In this document: one piece after another, positions 18,826 to 35,460 of the stretch | Position numbering within the stretch: the first letter of the stretch is position 1 | Layout of the letters: each line of letters opens with the position of its first letter | Made by a program: the position numbers and the translations under genes | Notes under the pieces: generated by a model | Databases searched by the model: none | Seen by the model: only the letters and a program-made list of their open reading frames with translations | Told to the model about the DNA's origin: nothing | Assembly: GCA_963828735.1 (NCBI GenBank) | Contig: CAWHFW010000002.1 | Span: 960,001-1,024,000 of the forward strand | Source of the DNA: an uncultured Gemmatimonadales bacterium | Lineage (GTDB): Bacteria; Gemmatimonadota; Gemmatimonadetes; Gemmatimonadales; GWC2-71-9 | Direction: 5' to 3' | Length of the DNA: 64,000 nt

Positions 18826-20106
18826 CTACTCCTTCGCCCCCGACACCGCGATCCGGGCCAGGCGCAGCTCTCGACGCGCGTCGCCACCCAGCGTGTATGC
18901 CACCACGGCAATGCTGTCGGACACACGGACGATCTGGGGATAACTGCCTCCCTCGCTGCCGGGGACGGCGACCGCGGATGACCGTCGCCCCCCTCGCAGC
19001 TCCCTCACGCTGATCGCCCGCCTACCATCGGCGCTCGCGTCGAAGGCCGCGAGCACGGTATCTCCGGCGAGCACCGCGACGCTCCCGTGGACGGCGGGAA
19101 GCTTCGAGCCCTCCACGAGCGCCAGCGGTGCCACGGCGCTCCGGCCCGCGCCGTCGACCACCCCGTAGTAGAGGCCGGCCGTCTTCGATGCCCCCGTATA
19201 CCACACCACGTGGCGCCGGCCGTCCGCACTCACGCTCACGCTCGGGCCGTTGTGCGGGCAGCCGGCGTACACCCAGCCATCCCTGTGCACCCGCGATGGC
19301 GCGCCCGGCTCGGGCGCGACGGTCGCGGTGACCACGTCGCGCACGTTGCCGGGAAAGTGGTGCCGCCATGCCGCCACGACGCCGCCGTCGCCCGCGCGGG
19401 CCAGCGTGATACGGCAGCACGGGCACGCGCCTCCCCATGCGGCCTGATTCGGCTGCCAGGTGCGACCGAAGTCGGGCGAGCGCGCCAGGTAGACCGTCGC
19501 GTCCGCCTCGCTGGTCGAGTCCTTCGCCGTCGCGGCGCGGTCGTGGTGGTGGGCCATCGGCGTGCCGGCTCGCTCGTCGAGCCAGGCCGCGACGAGACCC
19601 GAGTCACCCGCCCACGCCGCACCCTGGAAGTTGTGGCCGACTGGCGCCGCGGTCGTGTCATCGTTGATCGTCACCGGGGCCAGCCAGGTCCGGCCGCCGT
19701 CGAGCGATCGCGCCACGCGGATGGTGCTCGCGGGCCACCGGCGACCGGCCACAGGCACGTCTCTCGGCCACACGACCGCGAGTCGCCCGCCGGGGCCGGC
19801 CACGAGCCGCGGAGAAGCCTCTCCGTGCGGCTTCACCTCCCCCGTGTCCGACGTCACGCGCACCGGGCGCGACCAGGCGTCGCCTCCATCCCGCGAACGT
19901 GAGAAGTAAAGCCGCCAACCGCTACCTTCGTCCCCAACCCAGGTGAGCAGCAGGTCGCCGCGCTCCGGATCGTTGGCGAGCGACGGGTCGGCCGAGGCCA
20001 CGTGATCCCGCGCGGGCGTGCCGGGAAGCGCGTGCACGCCTGGGCGCTCACCGCCGCACCCGAGGATGAGCAGGAGCGGGACGGCGTTCAGCTTCAGCGA
20101 GCCCAT
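18826..20106 (-). CDS. BNR/Asp-box (sialidase-like) propeller lipoprotein with CPCC and CPHNGP motifs
   Basis: Asp-boxes SRDGGDAW, SLDGGRTW and SPDFGRTW. Lipobox ILGC. Overlaps the receptor stop. Confidence 0.8.
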   Translation of the reverse strand: MGSLKLNAVPLLLILGCGGERPGVHALPGTPARDHVASADPSLANDPERGDLLLTWVGDEGSGWRLYFSRSRDGGDAWSRPVRVTSDTGEVKPHGEASPRLVAGPGGRLAVVWPRDVPVAGRRWPASTIRVARSLDGGRTWLAPVTINDDTTAAPVGHNFQGAAWAGDSGLVAAWLDERAGTPMAHHHDRAATAKDSTSEADATVYLARSPDFGRTWQPNQAAWGGACPCCRITLARAGDGGVVAAWRHHFPGNVRDVVTATVAPEPGAPSRVHRDGWVYAGCPHNGPSVSVSADGRRHVVWYTGASKTAGLYYGVVDGAGRSAVAPLALVEGSKLPAVHGSVAVLAGDTVLAAFDASADGRRAISVRELRGGRRSSAVAVPGSEGGSYPQIVRVSDSIAVVAYTLGGDARRELRLARIAVSGAKE

Positions 20107-22379
20107 TGGAACCCTACGTAGAACGAACGCGCGTCGGCCGGCTCGAACGAGCGTCCGGTCGCGTTGTCCACCTGAACCGACGCCGCATATCGCGTGTCGG
20201 TCAGGTTCTGGCCCGCGGCGAAGGCCGTGACTCCGGCTCGGGCAATCGTGTACTCGGCCCGGAGCCCGACCGTGGCCCACCCGTCGTTTCTCGCGCTGTT
20301 CTCGCTGTTGAGCGCATACGAGCTCGGCACCCACTCGAGGGACGGCGTGACCGCGAGCCCCGACCGATGCTGCAGGCGGACCTGCGCCTGGAGGTGATGC
20401 CGCGGGGCGCCCGGAATGTCGTTGCCCTCGAAGGAGGGGTCCCCCACGAATCGGTAGCGCGCGAAGGTGTACGCCAGGCGCGCGACGCCAATGGGCAGAT
20501 CCACCTCTACGCCGCTCTCGATCCCGTAGTGCCGAGTGCGGGGGGCGTTCCGGTAGGTCGGCACGGTGAACGGTGCGCCCGCAAAGGGTGGGACGTTCAG
20601 GTTGAGGATCTCGTCCTCCAGCTCCACATCGTAGGCAGCAACGTCCCAGCGGACGCCCCGCGCGCCGCCGCGCACGCCGAGCTCCATCTGCCACGCACTC
20701 TGCGCGCGCAGGTCGATGAATCCCGGGACGCTCAGGCTGTTGAGCTCGAGAAGCAGAGGCGGCTCGGAGGAACGGCTCACGTTGCCGTAGACCTGCCCGC
20801 CGACCGTGGGTAGCGCATACAGCAGTCCGAGCTTCGGGAGCACGGCGTCGAAGACCCGGTGATCGGTCTGGTCGCCGTCGGCGAGATAGAAATCGTGGCT
20901 CTTCCGGATGGCGTGATCGATGCGCACGCCGAGCACGGCCGTCAGACGCGGCGTCACCGCGAGCGCGTTCTCGCCGTAGAAGGCGAGCCCGACGGCCTTG
21001 TCCTTCTGATCCTTCCGGAGCTCGCCGTGGGATCCGGCCAGGTTCTGGTACTGCCGGTTGTCCATGTCCAGCCAGGCGGGCTGGAACCCGAGCGTGAGCC
21101 GATTGGTGCGTCCGGAGAGCGCCGCCGAATTCTCGTAGCGGACCTCGGCGCCCCAGTCCCGGCTGTCCTGGCTGATCACCTGGAAGATGGGATGGTCGAT
21201 CGTGCGGAACTGGGCGTACGGGCTGATCTCGAGGCGCTGGTGGTCGCCCAGCTGCGAGCGAACCTGCACGCCCAGGTGGTGCAGGTCGTAATTGCGGCCC
21301 CAGTGGTCGGCGACGTTTCCCGGGTCGGCGGCGGTGGGGTTGGTGGCGAGTCCCTCGGCCGTGAGGGCGCCGGGCAGCTGCTCGGTCACGCGGGCGAAGA
21401 AGTAGAACGCGCGCAGGTCCGTCGCGGGAGAAAGGACGTATCCGACGTGCCCGTTGAACCGCGTCCGCCCCTGCTGGGCCCAGTCGCGGTATCCGTCGAG
21501 CGTGGTGCGGGCGACGCTACCGTACCAGTCGAGCTTTCCCGTGGTGCCGCCGGAGGCGACCTGCGTCTTGAAGAATCCGAAGCTGCCGCCCTCGGTCGTC
21601 ACCCCCACCGTCGGCGCGCTGTAGCCGGTGCGCGTCTCGAGGTTGATCGCGCCACCCATCGTGGAGCCGCCGTAGCGCAGGGCGTTTCCGCCCTTGTAGA
21701 CCTCGATGCTCTCGGTCGTGAGCAGCTCGAGCGACTCGAAATCGGTGAACCCGTCCGCGTTGCGGTAGGGCATCCCGTTGACCAGCAGGTTGACGCCGCG
21801 CGCGTGGAAGTTGTTGCGGAGCCCGGAGCCGCGGATGGAGATCTGGCTCTCATCGGCGGCGCCGAATCGCGGCTGGAGATACACGCCTGGCACAAAGCCG
21901 AGCACGTCCTTGAGGTTCGCCTGACGGGTTTCGCGAATTTGAGCCGATTCGACGAGCGCGACGCTCCCGGGGATGCGGTCCAGCCGGCTCCGACGCTCGT
22001 CCATGTCCTCCGGGGTCCCGATGACCGTAAGCTCCGCGAGCTCAGTGGTGGTCGGCCGCAGCGGGACGTTGACGACCGTCTCCTCGCCTGCGCGGACATC
22101 CACGGTCACGCGCGCGGGTGAGTACCCGAGGAGCTTGGCCGTGAGCTGCCAGCGGCCGGGCGCCGCGGAAATGCGAAATCGGCCGTCGGCGCCGGCCTGG
22201 AGGTTGAGCGCGCTTCCGTCCAGCGACACGAGCGCGCCGGGAAGCACGGAGTCGATCAACGCGGACCGAACGACTCCGGTAATCGTTCCTGAATCCTGCG
22301 CGTACAGCGCGCCGGCCCCGAGGAGGCCGGCAGCTATCAAGAGCACGGCGCGCACGGCGCGCCGAAGCGATTCGAGCAT
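20094..22379 (-). CDS. TonB-dependent receptor
   Basis: Signal peptide, N-terminal carboxypeptidase-regulatory-like domain, plug motifs ISIRG and IEVYKG...GGAINL, and a C-terminal RSFYVGFQW beta-signal. Confidence 0.93.
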   Translation of the reverse strand: MLESLRRAVRAVLLIAAGLLGAGALYAQDSGTITGVVRSALIDSVLPGALVSLDGSALNLQAGADGRFRISAAPGRWQLTAKLLGYSPARVTVDVRAGEETVVNVPLRPTTTELAELTVIGTPEDMDERRSRLDRIPGSVALVESAQIRETRQANLKDVLGFVPGVYLQPRFGAADESQISIRGSGLRNNFHARGVNLLVNGMPYRNADGFTDFESLELLTTESIEVYKGGNALRYGGSTMGGAINLETRTGYSAPTVGVTTEGGSFGFFKTQVASGGTTGKLDWYGSVARTTLDGYRDWAQQGRTRFNGHVGYVLSPATDLRAFYFFARVTEQLPGALTAEGLATNPTAADPGNVADHWGRNYDLHHLGVQVRSQLGDHQRLEISPYAQFRTIDHPIFQVISQDSRDWGAEVRYENSAALSGRTNRLTLGFQPAWLDMDNRQYQNLAGSHGELRKDQKDKAVGLAFYGENALAVTPRLTAVLGVRIDHAIRKSHDFYLADGDQTDHRVFDAVLPKLGLLYALPTVGGQVYGNVSRSSEPPLLLELNSLSVPGFIDLRAQSAWQMELGVRGGARGVRWDVAAYDVELEDEILNLNVPPFAGAPFTVPTYRNAPRTRHYGIESGVEVDLPIGVARLAYTFARYRFVGDPSFEGNDIPGAPRHHLQAQVRLQHRSGLAVTPSLEWVPSSYALNSENSARNDGWATVGLRAEYTIARAGVTAFAAGQNLTDTRYAASVQVDNATGRSFEPADARSFYVGFQWAR

Positions 22380-22463
22380 GGGATGTCCCGTCCATGGAGG
22401 TTCACGATCCGACAGCGGCGGACAGGCGCAACCGGCGCCGGTCCCGCTGGGAGTGTCGAAACG

Positions 22464-22838
22464 TCAGGACTGGACGGGAGGTGCGGTGGCTGGCGGGTGG
22501 AGGTCAGGCACACGTCCGGCCGTGAAGAGCGGCGACTCGGCGGGACGCGGCGTGGTGAGGCGGTAGGACGGGATAGGAGCGGCGACGGTGGGGACGGTCG
22601 GGTGCTGGATCGCCGTGGTGACCTGGCAGGAGCCGATGCAGCGGCACTCGCCCTGGTGCCCGGGATGCGCCGGAGCGCCATGTTCCTCGTGCTGCTCCCC
22701 ACCCTGCTCCGGTGCCATGGCGTGCTGGACGGCGGAGGCGCACGGGTGCAGCATCTTGATCGGCCAGCCCCCGAGACCGGGGGTGACGAGCAGGAGCAGC
22801 AGCGCCAGCAGACGGGAACGGCGGAATCGGCCCGGCAT
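22464..22838 (-). CDS. His/Cys-rich DUF2946-like leader protein
   Basis: Hydrophobic N-terminus, His cluster, CRCIGSC and C-terminal HPPATAPP. TACTTT lies 6 nt before ATG 22838. Confidence 0.65.
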   Translation of the reverse strand: MPGRFRRSRLLALLLLLVTPGLGGWPIKMLHPCASAVQHAMAPEQGGEQHEEHGAPAHPGHQGECRCIGSCQVTTAIQHPTVPTVAAPIPSYRLTTPRPAESPLFTAGRVPDLHPPATAPPVQS

Positions 22839-22949
22839 GGCCATAAAGTACCCTGACGAGGCCCCGGACGCATCTGGATCGCCTGACGCCCGGTACTGAG
22901 TCGCTCGCCGCCCGGCGGTCCTCACGATCCCGGCGGACCGTGCGCGGAG

Positions 22950-25900
22950 CTACGCATTCCCCTCGCGGGGCAGACTGAAGGCGACCGTCGCTCCGCCGCC
23001 GGCGTTGTTCGCCGCCCAAAGTCGGCCGCCATGCGCGTCCAGGATGGTGCGCGCGATCGACAGTCCCATGCCCAGCCCGTTCGGTTTCGTGGTATAGAAG
23101 GCGTCGAAGATCCGGTCGAGCCGATCGGACGGAATCCCGGCGCCTTCGTCGCTGACCGCGATCCCCACGTCGACGCCGTTGCCCATGGTTCGAATGGTGA
23201 GCCGGGGCTCCTTCCCGTTCCCGTCCTCCATGGCGTCGAGGGCGTTGAGGATGAGGTTGAGGACCACCTGCTGCAGATGAACGCGGTCACCGTGGACCGC
23301 TGGGAGCGCCGTGTCGAGCTCGAGCACGGTGCTCGCCCGGCGAAGCATGAGGTCGCCGTTCACCAGTCGGAGGACGTCGCGGACCAGGTCGTTCAGGTCG
23401 AGCGGCCGCAACTCGAGCTCGCCCTTCTTGAGCAGCGCCCGCATGCGCTGCACGATGTCGGCGGCTCGCCGGTCGTCCCTCCCGATGTCCGCCAGAATGT
23501 CGCCCAGATCGCCGAGGTCGGACGCGCCGGCCGCGAGCATCCGGCGCGCGGCGTACACATTTGCCAGGATCGCCGTCAGCGGCTGATTGAGCTCGTGCGC
23601 GATGGAGGCGGTGAGCTCGCCCATCGTGGCGACTCGCACCATGTGCGCGAGGTCGTTCCGGTTGCGCGTGGCCTCGAGCTCGGCTCGCTTCGATGCCGTG
23701 ACGTCGAGCGCCCTGATGACCGCACCACCCTCGCGCCTGGCCAGCCGCAGCACCCAGACTTCGACCCACTGAGGCTCGCCGTCCCCGAATTTGGGGTACG
23801 CGGCGGAGAACTGGTCCCGGCTCCCGTTCAGGACCGACGCCACTCCCTGATGCATCTCCGTCGCGTTGTCGCCCGTGTCGCAGAGCTGCCGGCACAGCTC
23901 CACGTAGTCGGTGCCGAGCTCCAGCCGGCGGAAGGGAGCCGACGGTTCCGGCGGGCCGTGCAGCCATCCGCCGCTCACCTTCACGACGCTTCCGTGGCGG
24001 TCGAGAATGGCGGTCGCCCCCGGGAGAGAGGCGAGCACGGCCGCGTTGAGCACTTCGGCTTGCCGCATCTCGCCCTCGGCCGTCTTTCGCGCCACCACGT
24101 TGGCGAACATCTCCCCCACCCAGCGGAGCCGAGGGATCGCGTCGTCCGGCCAGGAGCGCGGCGCGCCATACGCGAGGATCAGGGCGCCGAAGAGCTGGCC
24201 GCTCAGCGCGAGCGGGATCGCGAGGACCGCGGCAATGCCCTGGCGTTCAAAGTGTTCTCTGTCGGTGGCGGCCTCGGCCGGCAAGGCGTCCAGCAGCTCG
24301 ATCAGCACCGACTCTCCCCGCTGCAGGCGAGCCCAGGCGTACGGGAACTCGGTGTCCTGGAGAATGAGCGGCCGGGGGTCGGCCCCGCCGGCAGCCCAGG
24401 AGTACGACGGGCGTAACCTCATCTGTTGGGTCGCGAACACCTGCAGCGTGACCCGATCCGCTTCGAGAAACCTCCCCAGGTGACCGAGCCAACGTGGTAC
24501 GAGGGCCTCGGCCCGATCCTCGGGGGCGGTTGCGAAGGCCGCGACCAGCTCCGAGACCAGGCGCTCGAAGCGGAGGCGCTCCTCGACCTCCAGCTCGGCG
24601 CGGCGGCGCTCGGTGAGATCGATCACGATCGCGAGGCCGGTGTCCTCGCTCATCCGGCTCGCGCTCAGGAGGACAGGCACCCGCGTCCCGTCGCTCCGGA
24701 GATATTCCTTCTCGAACGGCACGCAGCTGCCGGAGCCGAACACTTCCTCCACCCCCCGCTGGTCGAGATGGGCCTGTTCCGCCGGCGTCAGGTCGTGGCA
24801 ATGCAGCGTCCCCGCCTCCAGCTCGCTCCGCGTGCGACCGATGAGCCGGAGATACGTCTCATTCGCCTCGATGACCTCTCCCCTGGTGTTCCAGAAGACC
24901 ATGGGCACGATGCCGGACTCGAACACGCCGCGGAAACGGATTTCGCTCTGTCGCAGCGCATCTTCCGCCTGCTTCGCCTTGGAGATGTCCCGGATGTACG
25001 CAACGAAATGGAGTGGTACACCCGCCTCGTCCGTCACCACTGAGCAATTCAGGTATCCCCACACGATGCCGCCGTCCTTGCGGACGTAGCGGCTCTCCCT
25101 GTCGAAGGACTTGAGCTCACCGCGGATGACGCGGAGGCATTGCCTCCAGGTGCTGTCCTGGTCGTCCGGGTGGGTCACGTCCTGGAAACGAAGCCCGAGC
25201 AACTCCTCCTCGGCATACCCCAGGAGACGGCACAGCGTCGGGGGCACCTTGAGCCATCGCCCGTCCAGGCCCACCTCCGTCACCATGACCAGTGAGAACC
25301 GCTCGGTGCGCGCCCGGCGGGCCTCGCTCGCCAGCAGCGCCTGGAACACTTTGCGCCGCTCGGTCACGACGGCGGCGAACACTTGGACCATGACCGCGAG
25401 GATGCCGGCAAACCACGCGACGACCCGCAGATCGGACGTCGGGCCGTGCAGGCTGAACGGACCTAGGCCGTGGGTCGTGCCCCACACGGCGGTCACCGTG
25501 ATGATCAGCACCAGGACGCTCACGGCCGTCTGGCCGAACCGGCTGGCCGCCCACACCGCGAGCGGCAGCAGAACGAACGGGTAATTCCACGGGTGGCCGT
25601 CGAATGGTCGTCCGAACACGATCCCGGAGCCGACGATGGTGATCGCCAACAACGCGCCGAGCTCGAGGACGCGGCCGGCCCCGGCCAATCGCCTGGGTCC
25701 CGACGCGAGCGAGAGGAGCGCCGGAGCCACGGCCACGACGCCAAGCGCGTCACCGACCCACCACATGCTCCAGAGGGACCCGTAGGTCTGGCTTCCCGCG
25801 GCACCTTGCGGCAGGAAGACCGCCGCGCCGATCGACGCCGCTACGGCGGGTCCCGCGCCGGCCCCCAGGATGAGCAGCAGCCAGACATCCCGCAGCCGGG

Positions 25901-26264
25901 CGAGTCTGTTGTCGAATCCCGCGCGCTCGAGGAGCAAGGCCGCGAGCAACGGCTCGAGGGTATTGGGCACGCAGGTCAGGGCACCGATGCCGACGCCGTG
26001 AGTCGTGAGACTCAGGACCGACGCCCCCAGCGCAATCGCGGGCCACAGATCGGTTCCGTACAGCAGGAGCACCGCGAGGGCGACGCCGCTGGCAGGCCAG
26101 AGCGGGCTCACGTTCCCCGCGACCGTCGCGAACAGGAGACCGAGTTGTCCGGCGAAGTAGTAGGCGAGCGCCACCATCAGCCAGCGGGCCAGGAGCGGGA
26201 GGCTCCCGGCACGCGTCTGCTCAGGGCGGGCGAGGAAGGATTCCTCGCGAAGATCAGTGGCCAC
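22950..26264 (-). CDS. MASE1-PAS-PAS-GAF-PAS sensor histidine kinase (FixL-like H-box)
   Basis: MASE1 motifs LWPASG and WWVGDALG. PAS motif THPDD. H-box GELTASIAHELNQPL. G-box FYTTKPNGLGMGL. Confidence 0.9.
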   Translation of the reverse strand: MATDLREESFLARPEQTRAGSLPLLARWLMVALAYYFAGQLGLLFATVAGNVSPLWPASGVALAVLLLYGTDLWPAIALGASVLSLTTHGVGIGALTCVPNTLEPLLAALLLERAGFDNRLARLRDVWLLLILGAGAGPAVAASIGAAVFLPQGAAGSQTYGSLWSMWWVGDALGVVAVAPALLSLASGPRRLAGAGRVLELGALLAITIVGSGIVFGRPFDGHPWNYPFVLLPLAVWAASRFGQTAVSVLVLIITVTAVWGTTHGLGPFSLHGPTSDLRVVAWFAGILAVMVQVFAAVVTERRKVFQALLASEARRARTERFSLVMVTEVGLDGRWLKVPPTLCRLLGYAEEELLGLRFQDVTHPDDQDSTWRQCLRVIRGELKSFDRESRYVRKDGGIVWGYLNCSVVTDEAGVPLHFVAYIRDISKAKQAEDALRQSEIRFRGVFESGIVPMVFWNTRGEVIEANETYLRLIGRTRSELEAGTLHCHDLTPAEQAHLDQRGVEEVFGSGSCVPFEKEYLRSDGTRVPVLLSASRMSEDTGLAIVIDLTERRRAELEVEERLRFERLVSELVAAFATAPEDRAEALVPRWLGHLGRFLEADRVTLQVFATQQMRLRPSYSWAAGGADPRPLILQDTEFPYAWARLQRGESVLIELLDALPAEAATDREHFERQGIAAVLAIPLALSGQLFGALILAYGAPRSWPDDAIPRLRWVGEMFANVVARKTAEGEMRQAEVLNAAVLASLPGATAILDRHGSVVKVSGGWLHGPPEPSAPFRRLELGTDYVELCRQLCDTGDNATEMHQGVASVLNGSRDQFSAAYPKFGDGEPQWVEVWVLRLARREGGAVIRALDVTASKRAELEATRNRNDLAHMVRVATMGELTASIAHELNQPLTAILANVYAARRMLAAGASDLGDLGDILADIGRDDRRAADIVQRMRALLKKGELELRPLDLNDLVRDVLRLVNGDLMLRRASTVLELDTALPAVHGDRVHLQQVVLNLILNALDAMEDGNGKEPRLTIRTMGNGVDVGIAVSDEGAGIPSDRLDRIFDAFYTTKPNGLGMGLSIARTILDAHGGRLWAANNAGGGATVAFSLPREGNA

Positions 26265-26552
26265 TGTTGGAGCTCTTAGCCATCACAGAGAGGATGGACG
26301 CAGTCCAGCACACCGGGATCGGGCGACATCGGTCGGCCTCGACATCCCGCGCATGCAGCGAAACGAACGGTCCGTGGAAGGAGCGGTCCAGGAAGTCTCC
26401 CCTAGATGTGCCGATTGTCAAGCGGGCAGGGATGGGCGGGAGGGGGCCACGGATTGGCATCTAGCGGCGCCCCTCCCTGACAGTAGTTTCTCGCCGGTGA
26501 CATCGTCCGTCGTGGCGGAAGCGCTGGCTGCCACCCTGTCCCGGAGGCGCTC

Positions 26553-26969
26553 ATGCCAGATCATCCGCGGGTCGGCATCATTCTGGTGGTCGACGACCAG
26601 GAGGGCGTCCGGGCCATTCTGCGGCGCGAGCTGAGCGATCGGGGTCATACGGTGCTGGAAGCAGCGGACGGGGCGGAAGCGCTTCACCTCGTGCGCCGCC
26701 GCAACGGTGCCGTCGATCTGATCCTGAGCGACGTGGTGATGCCGCAGATGAACGGCACCGAGCTCGCCACGCACATCGGCGTCGAGTTTCCCGACGTGCC
26801 CGTGGTTCTCATGTCCGCGTTCACGCCGGCCGGTGTGGCGCGCGTGGGGATCGGCGAGAGCCTGGTTCCCGTCCTGCAGAAGCCGTTCGAGCCCACCCAG
26901 CTCGCCGAGCTGGTCCAGCTCGCGCTGGAGCATCCGGTGCCTCACCACGGCGGGACACGCGCCCGCTGA
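26553..26969 (+). CDS. Single-domain response regulator receiver
   Basis: ILVVDDQ, SDVVMPQMNG and LQKPF motifs. GGAGG RBS. Confidence 0.9.
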   Translation: MPDHPRVGIILVVDDQEGVRAILRRELSDRGHTVLEAADGAEALHLVRRRNGAVDLILSDVVMPQMNGTELATHIGVEFPDVPVVLMSAFTPAGVARVGIGESLVPVLQKPFEPTQLAELVQLALEHPVPHHGGTRAR

Positions 26970-27045
26970 TTGACGTCGGGCGCGCCCTTGGCGAGGCGTA
27001 AGGGTCCCGGTATATCTCACACGCATATTCCGCCTGGAGGCACTC

Positions 27046-27360
27046 GTGAACGGAGCGCGAGGACGCGAGGCCCGGCTGCGTCCAGAGTTCGACTATCTCT
27101 ATCCCGACGTCGAGGCCGGCGCGTGGCTGCCGGTGGAGGTGCTGATCAACCGTGTCGTCACCATGCTCTACGGCGACCGTTCGCGTGCCGGGATCATCAC
27201 CGGCGAGCGGCTCCTCCGGGATGACCACTTCGAGTTCCGCGGCACCTCGGCGCGCCCCGCCGGCCTTCCGCCCGACCTGAGCCGCCTCAGCGACGCCAGC
27301 ACGGAGCCCGAGCGCGCCCGGCAAGACGTCGAGTCCCGCACCAAGCCCGACGCTTCGTGA
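27046..27360 (+). CDS. Hypothetical protein (ARLR..E...YP...W...HFEFR family)
   Basis: GGAGG RBS before GTG. Shares its motif with 37779-38024. Confidence 0.7.
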   Translation: MNGARGREARLRPEFDYLYPDVEAGAWLPVEVLINRVVTMLYGDRSRAGIITGERLLRDDHFEFRGTSARPAGLPPDLSRLSDASTEPERARQDVESRTKPDAS

Positions 27361-27404
27361 TCCTGTTGCCGTGCCCGGACCTTCGCTCCTCCTCCTTCTC
27401 GCGA

Positions 27405-27434
27405 CGGACGACAAGGGATCGGACGACAAGGGGA
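27405..27434. repeat. 15-bp tandem duplication CGGACGACAAGGGAT x2
   Basis: Exact adjacent copies between convergent genes. Confidence 0.8.
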
Positions 27435-27473
27435 TGAACGTCGCCGGGCGAGCCCTTGACCCGGCGAGTCCGG

Positions 27474-28823
27474 TCACGCGCGAACGCGGCCCAGGGTGAA
27501 GTGGAAGGTGGCGCCCTGCCCCAACATCCCCTCGGCCCACACGCGGCCGCCGTGCCGGTGCACGATGCGCTGCACCGTCGCGAGACCGATGCCGGTCCCG
27601 GGAAACTCGCTCTGAAGGTGGAGTCGCTGGAACGGGCCGAAGAGGCGATCGGCGTACGCCATGTCGAAGCCGGCGCCGTTGTCGCGCACGAAGTAGGTCG
27701 GCTCGCCGGCCACGTGGGTGAGGCCGAATTCGATGCGCGGGGCCGTCGTCCGCGCGGTGAACTTCCAGGCGTTCTCCAGGAGGTTCTCCAGCGCGATCCG
27801 GAGGAGCTGCCCATCCGCCTGGACCACGACGCCGGGGCGGATCTTGACCTCCACCGACCGGTCGGGCTCGGCCTCGCGCATTCGCTCGACGAGGAGGGCC
27901 GTGAGGCCGCTCAAATCCACTTCATGCTCCCGCATCTCCGCCCGGGTGACGCGGGCCAGGTACAGCACGTCGTCGATGAGTTGCGACATCTGCTGGCTCG
28001 CCTCGCGAACCCGGTCCAGGTAGTGCCGGCCGGTCTCGTCCAACCCACCCGCGTGTCCCTCCTGCACGGCCCGGCTGAAGCTCTCGATCCGGCGGAGCGG
28101 CGCGCGCAGGTCGTGTGAGACGGCGTAGCTGAAGCTCTCGAGCTCCCGATTCTTGTGTTCCAGGTCGCTCACCAGCTCTGCTCGCGTGTCCGCCAGCTCG
28201 CGCGCTTCCTGCTCGCTCGCCTGCAGCAGCTGGGTCTGCCGACGCAGCAGCTCGTTCTTCTTGGCGAGCTCGACGAACACGGCCACCTTGGACCGGACGA
28301 ACTCCGGCACGATCGGCTTGACCAGGTAGTCCACGGCGCCAACCGAGTATCCGCGGACGGCCTGCGTCTGGCTCTTGTCCGCCGCCGTGAGGAAGATGAT
28401 CGGGGTGTGGCGTGACTTGTCCCGTTGCCGGATCAGGGTGGCCGTCTCGAACCCATCCATCTCCGGCATCTTCACGTCCAGCAGCACCACGGCGCATTCG
28501 TGCGTGAGGAGCCATTTGAGGGCCTCGCGCCCGGAGTGCGCCATGATCAGGTGCTGCCCCAGTCCTTGCAGCATCGCCTCAAGGGCCACCAGATTGGCCG
28601 GCTTGTCGTCCACGAGGAGGATGTTGACTCGATCGTCGGTGTCGTCGGCCGGGGGCGCGATCGGCCGATCGGGCGAGTCCGCCGGGGGGGACCCGGTGAC
28701 GTCGGCGCCCGCCTCCCGCGCGCCAGCCTGTGACTCGAGGGTCGCTTCGATCGCGGCCGCCTCGCCCCCTCCACCGATCGCCTGACCGTCGGAGCCCCCC
28801 GCCGTCCGACCGTCGCCCTTCAC
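27474..28823 (-). CDS. REC-HisKA-HATPase hybrid kinase
   Basis: [25 protein letters not shown] and GTGIGL motifs. GGAGG before GTG 28823. Confidence 0.9.
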   Translation of the reverse strand: MKGDGRTAGGSDGQAIGGGGEAAAIEATLESQAGAREAGADVTGSPPADSPDRPIAPPADDTDDRVNILLVDDKPANLVALEAMLQGLGQHLIMAHSGREALKWLLTHECAVVLLDVKMPEMDGFETATLIRQRDKSRHTPIIFLTAADKSQTQAVRGYSVGAVDYLVKPIVPEFVRSKVAVFVELAKKNELLRRQTQLLQASEQEARELADTRAELVSDLEHKNRELESFSYAVSHDLRAPLRRIESFSRAVQEGHAGGLDETGRHYLDRVREASQQMSQLIDDVLYLARVTRAEMREHEVDLSGLTALLVERMREAEPDRSVEVKIRPGVVVQADGQLLRIALENLLENAWKFTARTTAPRIEFGLTHVAGEPTYFVRDNGAGFDMAYADRLFGPFQRLHLQSEFPGTGIGLATVQRIVHRHGGRVWAEGMLGQGATFHFTLGRVRA

Positions 28824-28849
28824 CGCGTGTCCTCCAGAGCGGCGCGGGC

Positions 28850-35261
<6,412 letters not shown>

Positions 35262-35460
35262 GGGTTCTCCGGCACGAATTGCAAGGGCGGAAGGGGACCG
35301 TTGACACTATCATAGATTACAGCACCCGACTGTGAGCGCCATCACAGCCCTCTGGTGGATGCTCGGTTCACGTTGACTATTGGGTCTTCTTGGCCAACTC
35401 CTACGACACGGAACGCCCATCCCAGGGGCGGGACAGCGGGTCACGAGGCGGATCCTCCCG

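Noticed and set aside
20094..22379. TonB receptor as a lanthanide importer for xoxF
   Set aside because: The flanking Cys/His-rich partners point to soft metals, and no lanmodulin or lut-type genes are present. It cannot be fully excluded without a phylogeny.
35270..35284. Sigma54 promoter CGGCACGAATTGCA
   Set aside because: GG-to-GC spacing is 8 rather than the required 10. Similar candidates near 26455 and 63764 have 9.
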